Origin: Ostrea edulis | Taxonomy: Eukaryota | Direction of reading: 5' to 3' | Length of the DNA stretch: 64,000 bases | NCBI RefSeq assembly: GCF_947568905.1 | Contig: NC_079165.1 | Location: forward strand, 14,818,001 to 14,882,000 | Part shown: positions 1 through 13,199 of the stretch, in pieces | Layout of the letters: every line of letters starts with the position of its first letter | Numbering within the stretch: the first letter of the stretch is position 1 | The notes under the pieces: generated by a model | Told to the model about the DNA's origin: nothing | The model's database searches: none | Seen by the model: the letters and a program-made list of their open reading frames with translations, nothing else | Program-made: the position numbers and the translations under genes

Positions 1-57
1 AGGGCGCGTGTGAAGCTGCGAGAAGAGAACAGAGACACTGCTGACGCGCAGGTTTGA
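1..57 (+). CDS. possible last codons of an upstream plus-strand gene (RARVKLREENRDTADAQV*)
   Basis: Open, GC-richer frame from base 1 to TGA at 55-57, followed by UTR-like sequence. No homology recognised. Confidence 0.25.
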   Translation, partial: RARVKLREENRDTADAQV

Positions 58-2414
58 CAAAGACTTCCTTTTGACTTCACTCTACTCAACGACCATACAA
101 ATGCACTGCCTTTGAAATTTAATAGCATAAAGATTGCTCCGACTAGAAAAAGATGATCGATCTATGACCTAATATGTGGAAATAATTATCGTAATTGAAT
201 GGCGGTGAAGCAGCGTAATGAACATATATTTATAAGATTCTTCACCAACGGTCGATTAAGAACGGATCTTAAAAAAAGATAAATAAATGACTACTCCCCA
301 CAATACCCCGACGCGCCTGACATCCACTGTTGTTATAAAGAAGGGATTGTGAGGTTTGAAAATGCGAGGGGTGAGAAATATGAACAAAAATGGAAAGGGA
401 ACAGTCGGGTACTTTGAATTGAAAACGTCTCAGTTCTATTTGTGTTCAACATTAACAATGATAATGAGAAAGAAAAGCGAATTTTTGTGTGTGTGCATAT
501 TAGCTTAGTTTTGTGTGGCCCAACATTAGTTTACAAACGTTGTGTAAATTAAACTAACGATCTTAATGTAGCCGCCGAAAGACTTCAGTGTTTATTTATT
601 ATTTATGAAGAATCTAACTTTATTTAAGATGAGAATAGTGTTTCCCATCTTTGTTCTTGCACACGAGTGTGCTAGGGGCCTGAGATACACGTTGAGCGGT
701 TTTCCCACGAGTAAACGCACGCGCCCTCCACGCGACCATGTAGTATTGAAATCGATTTCAAGTCAGCATTTGTCAAAACATATTTTTATGATTTGAGATT
801 GAGCCATGTTCTTGTTTGAATACTATGAATAGCAATTATATTTAACACCAGCCAAACACGGAAAGGAGAGATATGGTCATGTGTGGGAACATTTTTGACA
901 GCATTAATTCACAAACAAATTGTTTAACAGTAACTTTTTAGAAATGTGAATATTTCTTCTTTTTAAACTCCTGTAAAAGGATTTTCGTTTGGCATTGTGT
1001 ACTTGTTCTGGTTTACAAATTTATATACTATGTTGTGTCATTTCTAATGCCGTAATATTATCCCATGTAAACTAAAACACGACCACATGGTTTTCTTTTG
1101 AGTTTCATTATTTGACATTATAGAAAAATTCGTAGTGGAACACACCAAATTCAAAACAGCGGTCCTTCCCAGGTGCACACAACGTAACAGGTTTCATTCT
1201 TGGAAACATTGATACATTTGAAACCCGGATTACAATATTTCAGCTCGTAACATAAGGGTCTTGATTTATCATGTGGGATTTTCTCCAAGTGTACGACAAA
1301 CTCTTTGGGGTATTCTCTATTGTAGTCACGATCTCTGCGTTAGAAGTGAGAACTTGTGGAACATTCATTTTAAAGTGAACTCTGGAGTACATTTGTAGGA
1401 CGAGCTGTGATTCAAGGCCTGGGTCGATGTCTTATGGACTGAGATGCACGTACATGTAGCTATGTTTACAGAAAATTATTTTAATAGGAAAAGTCTTGCT
1501 CGTAAACGAAACGTGCTACAAACAAACTTTCCCCCACATGATGAAAATGAACACTGAATTTATGTTTATATTTGTAAAATGAATAAATTTCACAGAATAG
1601 AATTTTATTTTTACCTTCCATCTCTCAATTATGTCTATTACAATGGGTAAAAAGAACGTTTGAACATAAATTTACAAGTTCCTTAAACTTTAGCAAGAAT
1701 AATATGCACAGAAATATATATCAACCCATGCATCGATTATTTTGTTTGTAGCAAGTACACCATTTCATAAGTTGTTTTTTAATTGTGATGTGTATTGATA
1801 CCGCTAAATGTGCTATAGCACTGTTCAGTTTTGTGTTCGACCGTTGTTTACTTGCTGTTTTCTTTACGAACCCCCGCTAATCGGATTCTGTAAATTCATG
1901 CAAGTCACCCAAGTGGCAGAATATGTTGAGAAATAATGATCATATAATTACTGTATTCTACCAATGTTATAGCCTCATTTAACATTCATGTGCTTTATCA
2001 AGTGTGATTTTAGCATATACATGTTTTAGATATTCGAGTGTTGAATGTGTCTGGATGAATGGTGGTCGCTTTTGTATAGTGATGGTATTGTTACGATATA
2101 ATCAAATCAGGGTGTTGTTCTTGTAAAAAGGAAGTGAATATTTTCCTCCTCATAAGATTTATATTCCATAATGGAAATTTTCTAATTAATGTGTCCAATA
2201 ATTATTGATGTGAAATCAGTGTCACAGTTTATTTTACTCAACAAAGTATATTCATATTGATTTTATGGAAATGCATGACTCTGTTTTTATTAAAAGCAAA
2301 TTGATGTTGCAGTTTTGTACTTAGACAGTAGTTAATGGATGTAAATAACAATTTGACGGTTTTAATTTATTATGCCTGCACGTGTCTGTTCACAGTTTTG
2401 GAATCATGTTCAAT

Positions 2415-3945
2415 TTCTACAATCTGTCTATTCTACAGTGATAGTATTCGAGTTCTACAATCTATCTATTCTACAGTGATAGTACTCGAGTTCTACTACC
2501 TGCCTATTCTACAGTGATAGTACTCGAGTTCTACAATCTGTCTATTCTACAGTGACAATACTCGAGTTCTACAATCTCTCTATTCTACAGTGATAGTACT
2601 CGAGTTCTACAATTTGTCTATTCTACAGTGATAGTACTCGAGTTCTACAATCTGTCTATTCTATAGTGATAATACTCGAGTTCTACAATCTGCCTATTCT
2701 ATAGTGATAATACTCGAGTTCTACAATTTGTCTATTCTACAGTGATAGTACTCGAGTTCTACAATCTCTCTATTCTACAGTGATAGTACTCGAGTTCTAC
2801 AATCTGTCTATTCTATAGTGATAGTACTCGAGTTCTACAATCTGTCTATTCTATAGTGATAGTACTCGAGTTCTACAATCTCTCTATTCTACAGTGATAG
2901 TACTCGAGTTCTACAATCTGTCTATTCTATAGTGATAGTACTCGAGTTCTACAAGCTGTGTATTCTACAGTGATAGTACTCGAGTTCTACAATCTCTCTA
3001 TTCTACAGTGATAGTACTCGAGTTCTACAATTTGTCTATTCTACAGTGATAGTACTCGAGTTCTACAATCTGTCTATTCTATAGTGATAATACTCGAGTT
3101 CTACAATCTGTCTATTCTATAGTGATAATACTCGAGTTCTACAATTTGTCTATTCTACAGTGATAGTACTCGAGTTCTACAATCTCTCTATTCTACAGTG
3201 ATAGTACTCGAGTTCTACAATCTGTCTATTCTATAGTGATAGTACTCGAGTTCTACAATCTGTCTATTCTATAGTGATAGTACTCGAGTTCTACAATCTC
3301 TCTATTCTACAGTGATAGTACTCGAGTTCTACAATCTGTCTATTCTATAGTGATAGTACTCGAGTTCTACAAGCTGTGTATTCTACAGTGATAGTACTCG
3401 AGTTCTACAATCTCTCTATTCTACAGTGATAGTACTCGAGTTCTACAATTTGTCTATTCTATAGTGATAATACTCGAGTTCTACAATCTGTCTATTCTAT
3501 AGTGATAGTACTCGAGTTCTACAATCTGTCTATTCTACAGTGATAGTACTCGAGTTCTACTACCTGCCTATTCTACAGTGATAGTACTCGAGTTCTACAA
3601 TCTCTCTATTCTACAGTGATAGTACTCGAGTTCTACAATCTGTCTATTCTATAGTGATAATACTCGAGTTCTACAATCTGTCTATTCTACAGTGATAGTA
3701 CTCGAGTTCTACAATCTGTCTATTCTATAGTGATAATACTCGAGTTCTACAATTTGTCTATTCTATAGTGATAGTACTCGAGTTCTACAATCTGTCTATT
3801 CTACAGTGATAGTACTCGAGTTCTACAATCTCTCTATTCTACAGTGATAGTACTCGAGTTCTACAATCTCTCTATTCTATAGTGATAGTACTCTCGAGTT
3901 CCTCCTTTCTCTCTATTCTACAGTGATAATACCCGCGTTCAACAA
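2415..3945. repeat. 38-bp minisatellite, about 40 copies
   Basis: Unit TATTCTACAGTGATAGTACTCGAGTTCTACAATCTGTC; the 38-bp period is directly visible. Confidence 0.97.
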
Positions 3946-6900
3946 TCCAATTATATGGATACATTGAAACAGAGAATCGGATTCGCTGCAGATCCTGCAG
4001 TTACATGTAACCTATATTATTAAGATGACGATAAACTTTTACCATATTTTCTACATTGATGAAACTTGCATACTTGCTACCTTAAGGATACATTGATCAG
4101 ACCTACTTCCGATACTGCAATTAACTTGTAGTTTTGGAAAAGTGTCCTGGTTTGATATTTCGGGTTAGCTCAATTCCTAGAAAGTATATATTTTATGGAA
4201 ATGAAACTTACACTGATGGAATGTTCGATAAGACGTTCATCAGATGGTGCGATTGGATTATGATGTTTAGAAGAATGGTTTTAAAATTAGGCCAAACGCC
4301 ATTGCCTGTACCTATACATTTTACAATGATGAAACTGACAAGGCTGACAAATGTGTAGAATCAGACGAGCGCAACGTGTGAAATTCATACTTTTGAATAA
4401 TTAAAACCCTCATTACATTTAGGGACAAACATCAGGGTGCGGGTATGGCTGTCTTAATGACGGGATCTGGTTTACTTTGGATTTAATTACAAACCTAAAT
4501 CAAAGCAAGAAAACTGTTCATTTAGATTTATTGATGATTGAAAAGTACTCCAATGTCAACCAATCTTCATTTCTTGTGAAATTTTAATCGATTTCCTTGT
4601 ATTATACACGGAAAATATTTTTGGACAAGTTCATTGTAAAAGAAATAAGGAAAGAGAATGCTTATGGGTACAGTCACCAAAGACTATGATGATATTGTCA
4701 ACGAGGAACTGCGATCCATGTCTCTTATGATAGCTGCCACAAAAATGAAATCGTTAATCTTCTATGAGAAAAAGATAAGAATCTTAATTTAAGCATAACA
4801 AATTGAGTGTAATTATGAGAACAAACACCCCATCGTTCGATAATTCCTAAACTATCAATAATTCAGTCCCACTTCCTCTTTTGAGCTTTTCATCAACAAT
4901 GGAGAATACTTAAGTCAAAAGGCAAAAGGAACTCCAGGGAACAATTTAGCAATTTTGTGAGATCTTTGATCAAATTTGCGAGAAAGGTTATTAAGATCTT
5001 TATTCACGAGTAAATAAACGTAAGACGATTGTTTGTTTAATTATCCAAATGAGTTAATGAAGGGTCCTCTTTGACAGCCTGTTCCCTCGAGTTTGTTGTT
5101 GAATGAAATGTTGCTAACACTGGATTGGGTAAATACGTCAATTATTGTATTGGTGTTTAAGTTGCACTGTTTCGCCGGATGTTTATAAAGCCCCATATTC
5201 ATATTCATTGAAAGTGGACAATGTATAAATTCTATTTTCAATAGCGAATTGATTAGTTAATGAAAAACTTATAAGAACGATATATCGAAAGTAACATATA
5301 GTTATGAAATTGGCGAACCAAATACGACAAAAAGTTTGAGAGACTCGACAGGTTTTTTTCAACGGTATCTCTTTTTGTACTCGTTCAACGAGAAATAAAG
5401 GAAACGATAATTTCTACCTATTACACACTCAGGTTACAGGAAATCGAGGCCAGGGGTATATTTGGTATTGGTTATGTTCAAATTGGTCGTATCTGCCTGA
5501 ACACAAATTGCAATAGGATTTTATCATGTATCGGGTCCTCTAGTATTTCAATCTGCACTGTACACGGAGGTTGTTAACATGTTCATAACACAAGATGTGT
5601 TCAGCAATGCTATGGCTGTGTAGCAACAGCTAAAGTACTAATATCAGTCCGGTGTTTCCCTCGACACTATACGAAAGTCTTCATTCAAAGCTGTTGAATT
5701 CCACATGGACCCCTGCTTTCCATTTCATCATTGTAAAATTGTATTTGACCCAATAAACTGAAAATCAGACCAACAGCAACATCTAAAGCGAGTTTTATTG
5801 AAGTGATGCTTGAAAGTTTCATCTAAATGTATGCAAGTTTCGTTTCGATGAGATATGATAGCTTTAAGGAATTACCCCCCCCCCCTCCCCCTCCACCCTT
5901 TTTAAGGTCATTTGCAGCATCAGTTTCATGTATGATTCAATATACACCCACAGCTTCATCACTATAGAAAATTATTTAGGTATTGCACGGTTAACCCACA
6001 TACAAGCATTTATCTCTGTCACTCGACTGGAAAATACAGATCAGTTGCAGCTGAAGCGAGCTATATGTTTTGCATCCTTGCAGGTGTAATTCTGGTAATT
6101 TTCATTGTTGTAGAACATGCATTAATATTTAGAAATGAATTTCATTTTTGAAAATACACGAGGCTATGAACTGCGGAAGCTTCACGGCGACAGACTTATT
6201 GACAAGTATGCTGGCGTGAAGCGTTCGCAGTTCTCACCTTTGTGTATTTTCAAAAATGAAAATTTATTTCTATATTTACGTCTTGCTTTTATTTCTGTCG
6301 AAATTTCCAGGTGTTGAAATAGACATACTACTTGTTTATTCACCAAGATTCCTACGCGCATGTTGTCAGGTGCCACGCATTCAAATGACTATCATTACCA
6401 ATTGTAAACACATAGTGTAATATCAAAGGCAAAAACATTGGTAATGTAAATATTTGAGATTGGACATTTTTTCAAACATTTAAAATGGTCATTCATTCGG
6501 AAAAATATATGTTAATTACAGCTTTAACTTTAGAAGTTTCGATGCCAGACATTCATAGGAATTTGACCCGTTTTGATCCTTGCGTGGACATCCTGAACAC
6601 AAACGACAGTCCACGATCTCATTACACATCAATGTGATATGTTTAGTCATATGCAAAGAGTATGTGTATGGTTTTTGTTTGTTTGTTCTTTTTTGGTTTT
6701 GTTGTGTGGAGTTTGGCTTCTTACGGCTTCCAGAAGGACGACATATACCCGATTCTTTATTGCTTGCTTTTTATCAGATGCGAGTTTAACCCGATTTTTT
6801 TTGTTTGAAAATGCGATTTTAACAATTTATATTCCAGGGTTTGATTTGCAAGCTATTCTTTTTTTTTCATTACACACGGATATGCATTCATCAATAAGGT

Positions 6901-8257
6901 GTTTACTTTGTCAATGGCAAGTGAGTATCAAATTTCCTGGAATAAAACCCACGTCTGGGACTTGTGGTAGAACAGATACATCGTTATCGATACCAGTTCT
7001 GTTTTTTCAGTTGGCCCAGGAGTGAGAGGTATTGATTTGCCTTGCAGGTGGTAGTTTAAATCAAAACAGTTTATTTAAATATTAGTTAAGGGTTAATTGC
7101 AGGTACAGCAATATTATGTATAGCCTTCTCAGTACTGAATTTTACTTTTCTGTGTGTGGCCTGTTGGAGTTAAAATTAAATTTCACAAGGTTGTTGATGC
7201 TCGGAACTTCATCTTACGCTCAGAATTTCAAGTTCAAGTTCACTTATTCGCTCAAACCACATTGTATATGGTACGTGAGGTACATTTGATAAATATGCAT
7301 TTGAGTATGAATAAAGTCGGAGTATGTACAAATATACAATATACATATATTGAAAAAGCATTTACAAAATATGTTAAGGAGGACAGACTAACTCATAGAT
7401 TTTTTAGATAAACACTTAGAGTTTTTAAAGTGTTTTAACCTTACTGGTTGACATGATTTCATGGATTTGATGACATTAGGTCTTGTGTAGTCCCTACTGT
7501 GTAGGTACTCTTTTCTAATATTTGACAAAGCACTGCATTCTGATATATAAGAGATTTCGATTCGTCTGTAAGGTTTGATTCGTTATACAAAACACCAACT
7601 CTTTTATTCAATGGAATAGTAATCCATCTGCCAATCTCCACAGCTATATAGGCATCCTCGTGAAGGACCTCTCTCATTATGTCGAAACTATTTCCTCTCG
7701 TCGACTCGGATATCGGCGGCGAAGCATTCGGAAACCCTCCCCTTACTCCGTTATTTCGTACTTCTACGGAGTAAAAGGCGAGGGGTTCCGATTGGACGCG
7801 AAGTTGTCGTTGATGTGTAATCCGGGAGAAAACCCATTCCTCCGTAAGTCTTCAGTTCGTTTTTGTACTTTTGGTAATCAAGTGTTTTAGGAGTTTGTTT
7901 TAAAAAAAATCATTTTGAATGTGAAATATACCATATGAATTTTACATATCGATATATGAATATCGTATTAGATACGTGTATTATGTGAACTATTTTGATT
8001 GTACAACAAACTACTACATACATGCATTTATGGTTGTTCAGAAAAGAAATGATATGCGGAAACTATACAGAAATTATAGATATTTGTGTTGTAAATGGTA
8101 TAAAAGTTTGAATTTGACCTTGAATAACTAACCTGATTAAGATAATTTAGCAAAGTTGTTGTTTAAAATGAATTATGTAGAGAAAAAATATAAGTTGACT
8201 TTTATGACACAGTGCTTTATAATGCTACTTTAACCTTGGTTTTATGGTCTATTGAAG

Positions 8258-8350
8258 AAAAAGTGAAGATAACAGTGATCAATCTCATAACTCCTATAAA
8301 GAATACAAAATGAAGAGCAGGACAAACACAGACCCCTGCACACACCAGAA
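8258..8350 (-). mobile_element. solo 3'-terminal fragment of the Penelope-like element
   Basis: GTGAAGATAA..CAGTGATCAATCTCATAACTCCTATA..ACACAGACCCCTG matches the termini at 13548 and 17320. Confidence 0.7.
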
Positions 8351-8506
8351 CTTAATTTACAAGAGTAAACAGTTTCAATGTAGTTATTTTTCCTTCCGTT
8401 CTCTCGTCAGAAAATAAATCTTTTCCTGACTAATTTAAGGAAAAAACAAAAAAGTGTAGTAGGTATCACAAGATCGCTGTTAAAGGAGTGATATAGGAGA
8501 TGTTTG

Positions 8507-8549
8507 TTATACCCCCCGAACGAAGTTCATGGGGGTATATAGGGGTCAC

Positions 8550-8582
<33 letters not shown>

Positions 8583-9333
8583 ACCATAACTTCTTTGTTC
8601 TTTGACATAAGCATACCATATTTGGCACACAGGTGGATCACCATGAGACGATGTGTCAAGTACCTTCATGTCCTCTGTATGACCTTGACCCTTGACCTCA
8701 AGGTCAAAGTTAAAGTTTTTTTTAAACAATGGATTCGTGTCCGGGCCATAACTGCTTTGTTCTTTGACAAAGGCATACCATATTTGGCACACAGGTGGAT
8801 CACCATGAGACGATGTGTCAAGTACGTTCATGACCTCCATATGACCTTGACCCTTGACCTCAAGGTCAAAATTAAAGGTTTTTAAAAAAAATTTTTTTTA
8901 TACAATGGATTCGTGTCCGGGCCATAACTTCTTTGTTCTTTGACATAGGCATGCCATATTTGACACATGAGTGTATCACCATGTGTCGGGTACCTTCATG
9001 GCTTCTATATGACCTTGAAATTTGACCTCAAGGTCAAAATTGATTATAGGGTTTTGACATAGTCATACCATAAGACATGGGTGTATCACCATGAGACTAT
9101 GTGTCATGTACATTCATGACCTCTTTATGACTTTGACCTTTGATCTCAAGGTCAAAATTATAGGTTTATACCATGGATTTGTGTTCGGACTATATCTTCC
9201 ATTTCCTTCTACAAAGGCATACCATATTTTTACACTCGGGAAAGAGGTAATTTATACCTATTAACAACATCCTTTGGGAGATTAGGGTAAGCGGGGATAT
9301 TCTTAGTGAGCATTGCTCACAGTACCTCTTGTT
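8507..9333 (+). mobile_element. non-autonomous Helentron (HINE) copy 1 with internal ~165-bp tandem units
   Basis: 5' hairpin TATACCCCCCGAAC-GAA-GTTCATGGGGGTATA, (GTCY)n microsatellite, central repeats with TGACCTTGACC motifs, 3' palindrome GTGAGCATTGCTCAC, end CTCTTGTT. Confidence 0.85.
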
Positions 9334-9790
9334 AACTCTGTTTCTCACCGTTAGAGGAGTGATATAGGAGAAGTTTGTGAACTCTGTCTCTGGCTGTTAA
9401 AGGAGTGATATAAGAGATGTTTGTGAACTCTGTCTCTGGCTGTTAAAGGAGTGATGTAGGAGGTGTTTGTGAAATCTCGCTGTTAGAGGAGTGATATAGG
9501 AGATGTTTGTGAACTCTGTCTCTGGCTGTTAGAGGAGTGATATAGAAGATGTTTGTGAACTCTGTTTCTCGCTGTTAGAGGAGTGATATAGAAGATGTTT
9601 GTGAACTCTCGCTGTTAGAGGAGTGATATAGGAGACGTTTGTGAACTCTGTTTCTCGCTGTTAAAGGAGTGATATAGGAGATGTTTGTGAACTCTCGCTG
9701 TTAAAGGAGTGATATAGGAGATGTTTGTGAACTCTCGCTGTTAAAGGAGTGATATGAGATGTTTGTGAACTCTGTTTCTGGCTGTTAATA
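9334..9790. repeat. 40/46-47-bp minisatellite (GCTGTTARAGGAGTGATATAGGAGATGTTTGTGAACTCT...)
   Basis: About 10 units. One further split unit lies at 8475-8506, on the other side of HINE copy 1. Confidence 0.9.
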
Positions 9791-10017
9791 TACAATATAC
9801 ACTTTAAGAATTTATTTCCTCATTTTAGTTGGCTTTTGTACTTGAAATGACAAATTCAAAACCGTTGTGCTTAACTTTTAGCGCTGACCATTAACCCCAA
9901 TTACATGGGGCAAATTGACACTTTTACCTTATTCATTTTCAAAGGTCATATTTTTAAAACCATTCAAAGTAAGATGAAAAATATTTTACATTACAAAGGG
10001 ATAAGAGTGACCTAAAA

Positions 10018-10661
10018 TTAGACCCCAGAACTTCGTTCGGGGGTATATAGGAATCTGTCTGTCCGTCTGTCTGTCTGTGCAGATTCGTGTCCGGGCCATA
10101 ACTTTGTTCTTTGACATAGGCATACCATATTTGACACATGAGTGCATCACCATGAGACGATGTGTCGGGTACCTTCATGACCTCCATATGACCTTGACAT
10201 CAAGGTCAAAATTAAAGGTTTTTACAATGGATTCGTGTCAGGGCCATGACTTCTTTGTTCTTTGACATAGGCATACCAAATTTGACACATGAGTGTAACA
10301 CCATGAGACGATGTGTCGGGTACCTTCATGACCTCTATATGACCTTGAAATTTGACCTCAAGGTCAAAATTGATTATAGGGTTTTGACAGTCATACCATA
10401 AGACATGGGTGTATCACCATGAGACTATGTGTCATGTACATTCATGACCACTTTATGACTTTGACCTTTTATCTCAAGGTCAAAATTATAGGTTTATACC
10501 ATGGATTTGTGTTCGGACTATATCTTCCATTTCCTTCTACAAAGGCATACCATATTTTTACATTCAGGAAAGAGGTAATTTATACCTATTAACAACACCC
10601 TTTGGGAGATTGGGGTAAGCGGGGGTATTCTTAGTGAGCATTGCTCACAGTACCTCTTGTT
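10018..10661 (+). mobile_element. HINE copy 2 (same family as 8507-9333)
   Basis: Same 5' hairpin and microsatellite, near-identical 3' half, same GTGAGCATTGCTCAC...CTCTTGTT end. Confidence 0.85.
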
Positions 10662-11967
10662 TTGTATAACTACAAAAAATATTAGATGTATTCCGAATTA
10701 GAAGCCCACATAGTTTAATTAACCCCTTAATGTGTCCACTTACCCCAATTGCCCGTACATGTATTTGCAGGAAAACACACAGGAATATCGGTAGTAATAT
10801 AACGTCATTAAGAACACTTGAATGGTTTTAAAAAAAATTATGCATGCATGAATATATCATTCAAACTTGTAAATACTCTAATGCAATATGGACGTTTTAA
10901 GTGTATTATAATAAAACACATTTAATTATTTAAATAAAAAATATTAAAATGACACTTACAAATGCATGTGCTTAGAAATTTAAGTGTGATTAATAGATCT
11001 GGCCTCTGAATGAAAGGGAAAGAAAGAAATATCATAAATACGTATACATAAAATAATAATTATCATAAAATGTTGTACATGTTTGAGCTTTCCATGGGTT
11101 CTTTATTCAGGGTCAGGTCGATTTAAGGTGATGGAAGCAAAAGAAAGAACATTTTAAACACATAAAAAATAAATTTCATTACCATGAGGTTTTGTATGCG
11201 CTTTTTATAGGAATTTATTCAGGTTTCAGGTCTATTTAGGGTGCTTATATGGCGATTTGCATGAAAGAAGATAATTTAAATTGATTTATAAAATGTGAAT
11301 GTACCATGTATGCAAATGAAGCAAGCATAGATATTATTAGATTTGTAGTGTCAATGAATTGCAGGAACCAAATGTGGTTAATGTGTCATAGTTTATAAAT
11401 AAAATGGATTGACAAGAAAGCTATCCTGCTGAAACCTTGGATTTACCGACATGTCACGTGATGATGCTGATAATTTGCTAGACTGGTTATGCATGTATGT
11501 CTTCAACATATATTTGCAATTGGCATATTCAAGCCAAAGTAACTATTTATTAATTTGATAACCGGGAACTCGTGACGAGTTGCTTTAGATCTTACACACT
11601 GTTCTTCTGGGAAGTACTTTGTGGCAAAAACTTCGTATAAAACCGTAAATTGATAATATCTGATTAATGATGAATAAAAATGAAACGTATGAATAACAAC
11701 AATTAACACTTTTATTGAAATATTTCTTTTATTCAGAACTTCTATGCATGTTATCAGTAAGGAAATATTCTACCGAAACAATAACAAATAATTTTTCATT
11801 TGCCTATACGCACTTTTTAGCATAAATAAAGAAATAGATCGGGCGCTCCTACATAATAATGAAAACAGAAGAAAATTAAGCGTTGTAAGAAATATTCATC
11901 ACTACTTCTACATCTTGATATTTGGTTACCAAATGTAGGAGTAATGTAGGTAACATGTCTCGGTTGC

Positions 11968-12525
11968 GTTGTTAGGGTGCTGGTTGTTAGGATCCTGGCT
12001 GTTAGGATGCTGGTTGTTTGGGTTGTTAGGATGCTGGTTGTAAGGGTGCTGGTTGTTAGGGTGCTGGTTGTTAGGGTTGTTTGGGTGCTGGTTGTTAGGA
12101 TGCTGGTTGTTAGGGTTGTTAGGATGCTGGTTGTTTGGGTTGTTAGGATGCTGGTTGTTAGGGTTCTGGTTGTTAGGATGCTGGTTGTTTGGGTTGTTAG
12201 GGTGCTGGTTGTTAGGATGCTGGTTGTTAGGGTTGTTAGGGTGCTGGTTGTTAGGATGCTGGTTGTTAGGGTTGTTAGGGTGCTGGTTGTTAGATGCTGG
12301 TTGTTTGGATTGTTAGGGTGCTGGTTGTTAGGATGCTGGTTGTTAGGGTGCTGGTTGTTAGGGTTGTTAGGATGCTGGTTGTTAGGATGCTGGTTGTTAG
12401 GGTTGTTAGGATGCTGGTTGTTAGGATGCTGGTTGTTAGGGTGCTGGTTGTTAGGATGCTGGTTGTTAGGGTTGTTAGGATGCTGGTTGTTAGGGTGCTT
12501 GTTGTTAGGTGCTGGTTGTTAGGGT
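11968..12525. repeat. G/T-rich composite repeat of 15-bp (GRTGCTGGTTGTTAG) and 9-bp (GGTTGTTWG) units
   Basis: Directly visible; it produces the spurious VVR/LLG ORFs. Confidence 0.95.
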
Positions 12526-12832
12526 ACTCTGGTAAGGGTGCTCGCTTCGCAGCTTGAAGATCCTTGGTTCCGGCGCCGCGTCATTCCCGCCCGGCATTAA
12601 AAGTAAAAGTTAGGAATCTTTCGGATATGACCTTAAGGCGCACATTATGATTGGCGTTGATACGATCAAGAGCCCTCACTGTTAAGACCTTTACAGCAGG
12701 TGTGGCGCGATAAAGATCTCTTCCTGTTCAAAGGCCGTAAGCGCCGAGCATAGGCCTAAATTTGCACAGCCCTTAACCGGAAATGGTGACGTCTCCATAT
12801 GAGTGAAATATTCTCGAGAGTGACATAAAACT
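12526..12832 (+). mobile_element. tRNA-derived SINE with degenerate head
   Basis: Body and tail GGCCGTAAGCGCCGAGCATAGGCCTAAATTT...GGTGACGTCTCCATATGAGTGAAATATTCTCGAG closely resemble the SINE at 13976-14292. Confidence 0.8.
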
Positions 12833-13199
12833 ATATTCAGGTGTAAAATATCACGGAATGTCATGATTGTAAATTTGAAATAACAATTTGAAACATGGCA
12901 TAATCTATAGTGCCAATCATTATATCAATTAGAGAACACATAACATGGATAACATGAGATATAATGATACGATAACCTAAGGATAAATGACTTGATTACA
13001 TGTAGCTTATTTCCAATTGGCTTGGGTCCTTATAATTTCATAATAAATATAATTAACACACCCCACCCCCAATAAACAATGCAAGACTGGAATTGGAATT
13101 TTAGCAGGGTTTGATAAATAGTCGCATAATGTTTCGAAAAATAATCTGTTTCAGGAATATTTTATAATAGATGGCTATGATTTATTGTAAAAACCCAGT

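Noticed and set aside
1150-1350. Cys-rich minus-strand frame (..LCYELKYCNPGFKCINV..)
   Set aside because: Short, with no start codon or clear splice sites and no recognised family.
2415-3945. CRISPR-like appearance (38-bp units with a palindrome)
   Set aside because: Units are contiguous with no unique spacers, there are no cas genes, and the context is eukaryotic.
11968-12525. Interstitial telomere, or real genes from ORFs 11977-12557
   Set aside because: There are no tandem (TTAGGG)n runs; the ORFs are stop-free artefacts of the repeat.
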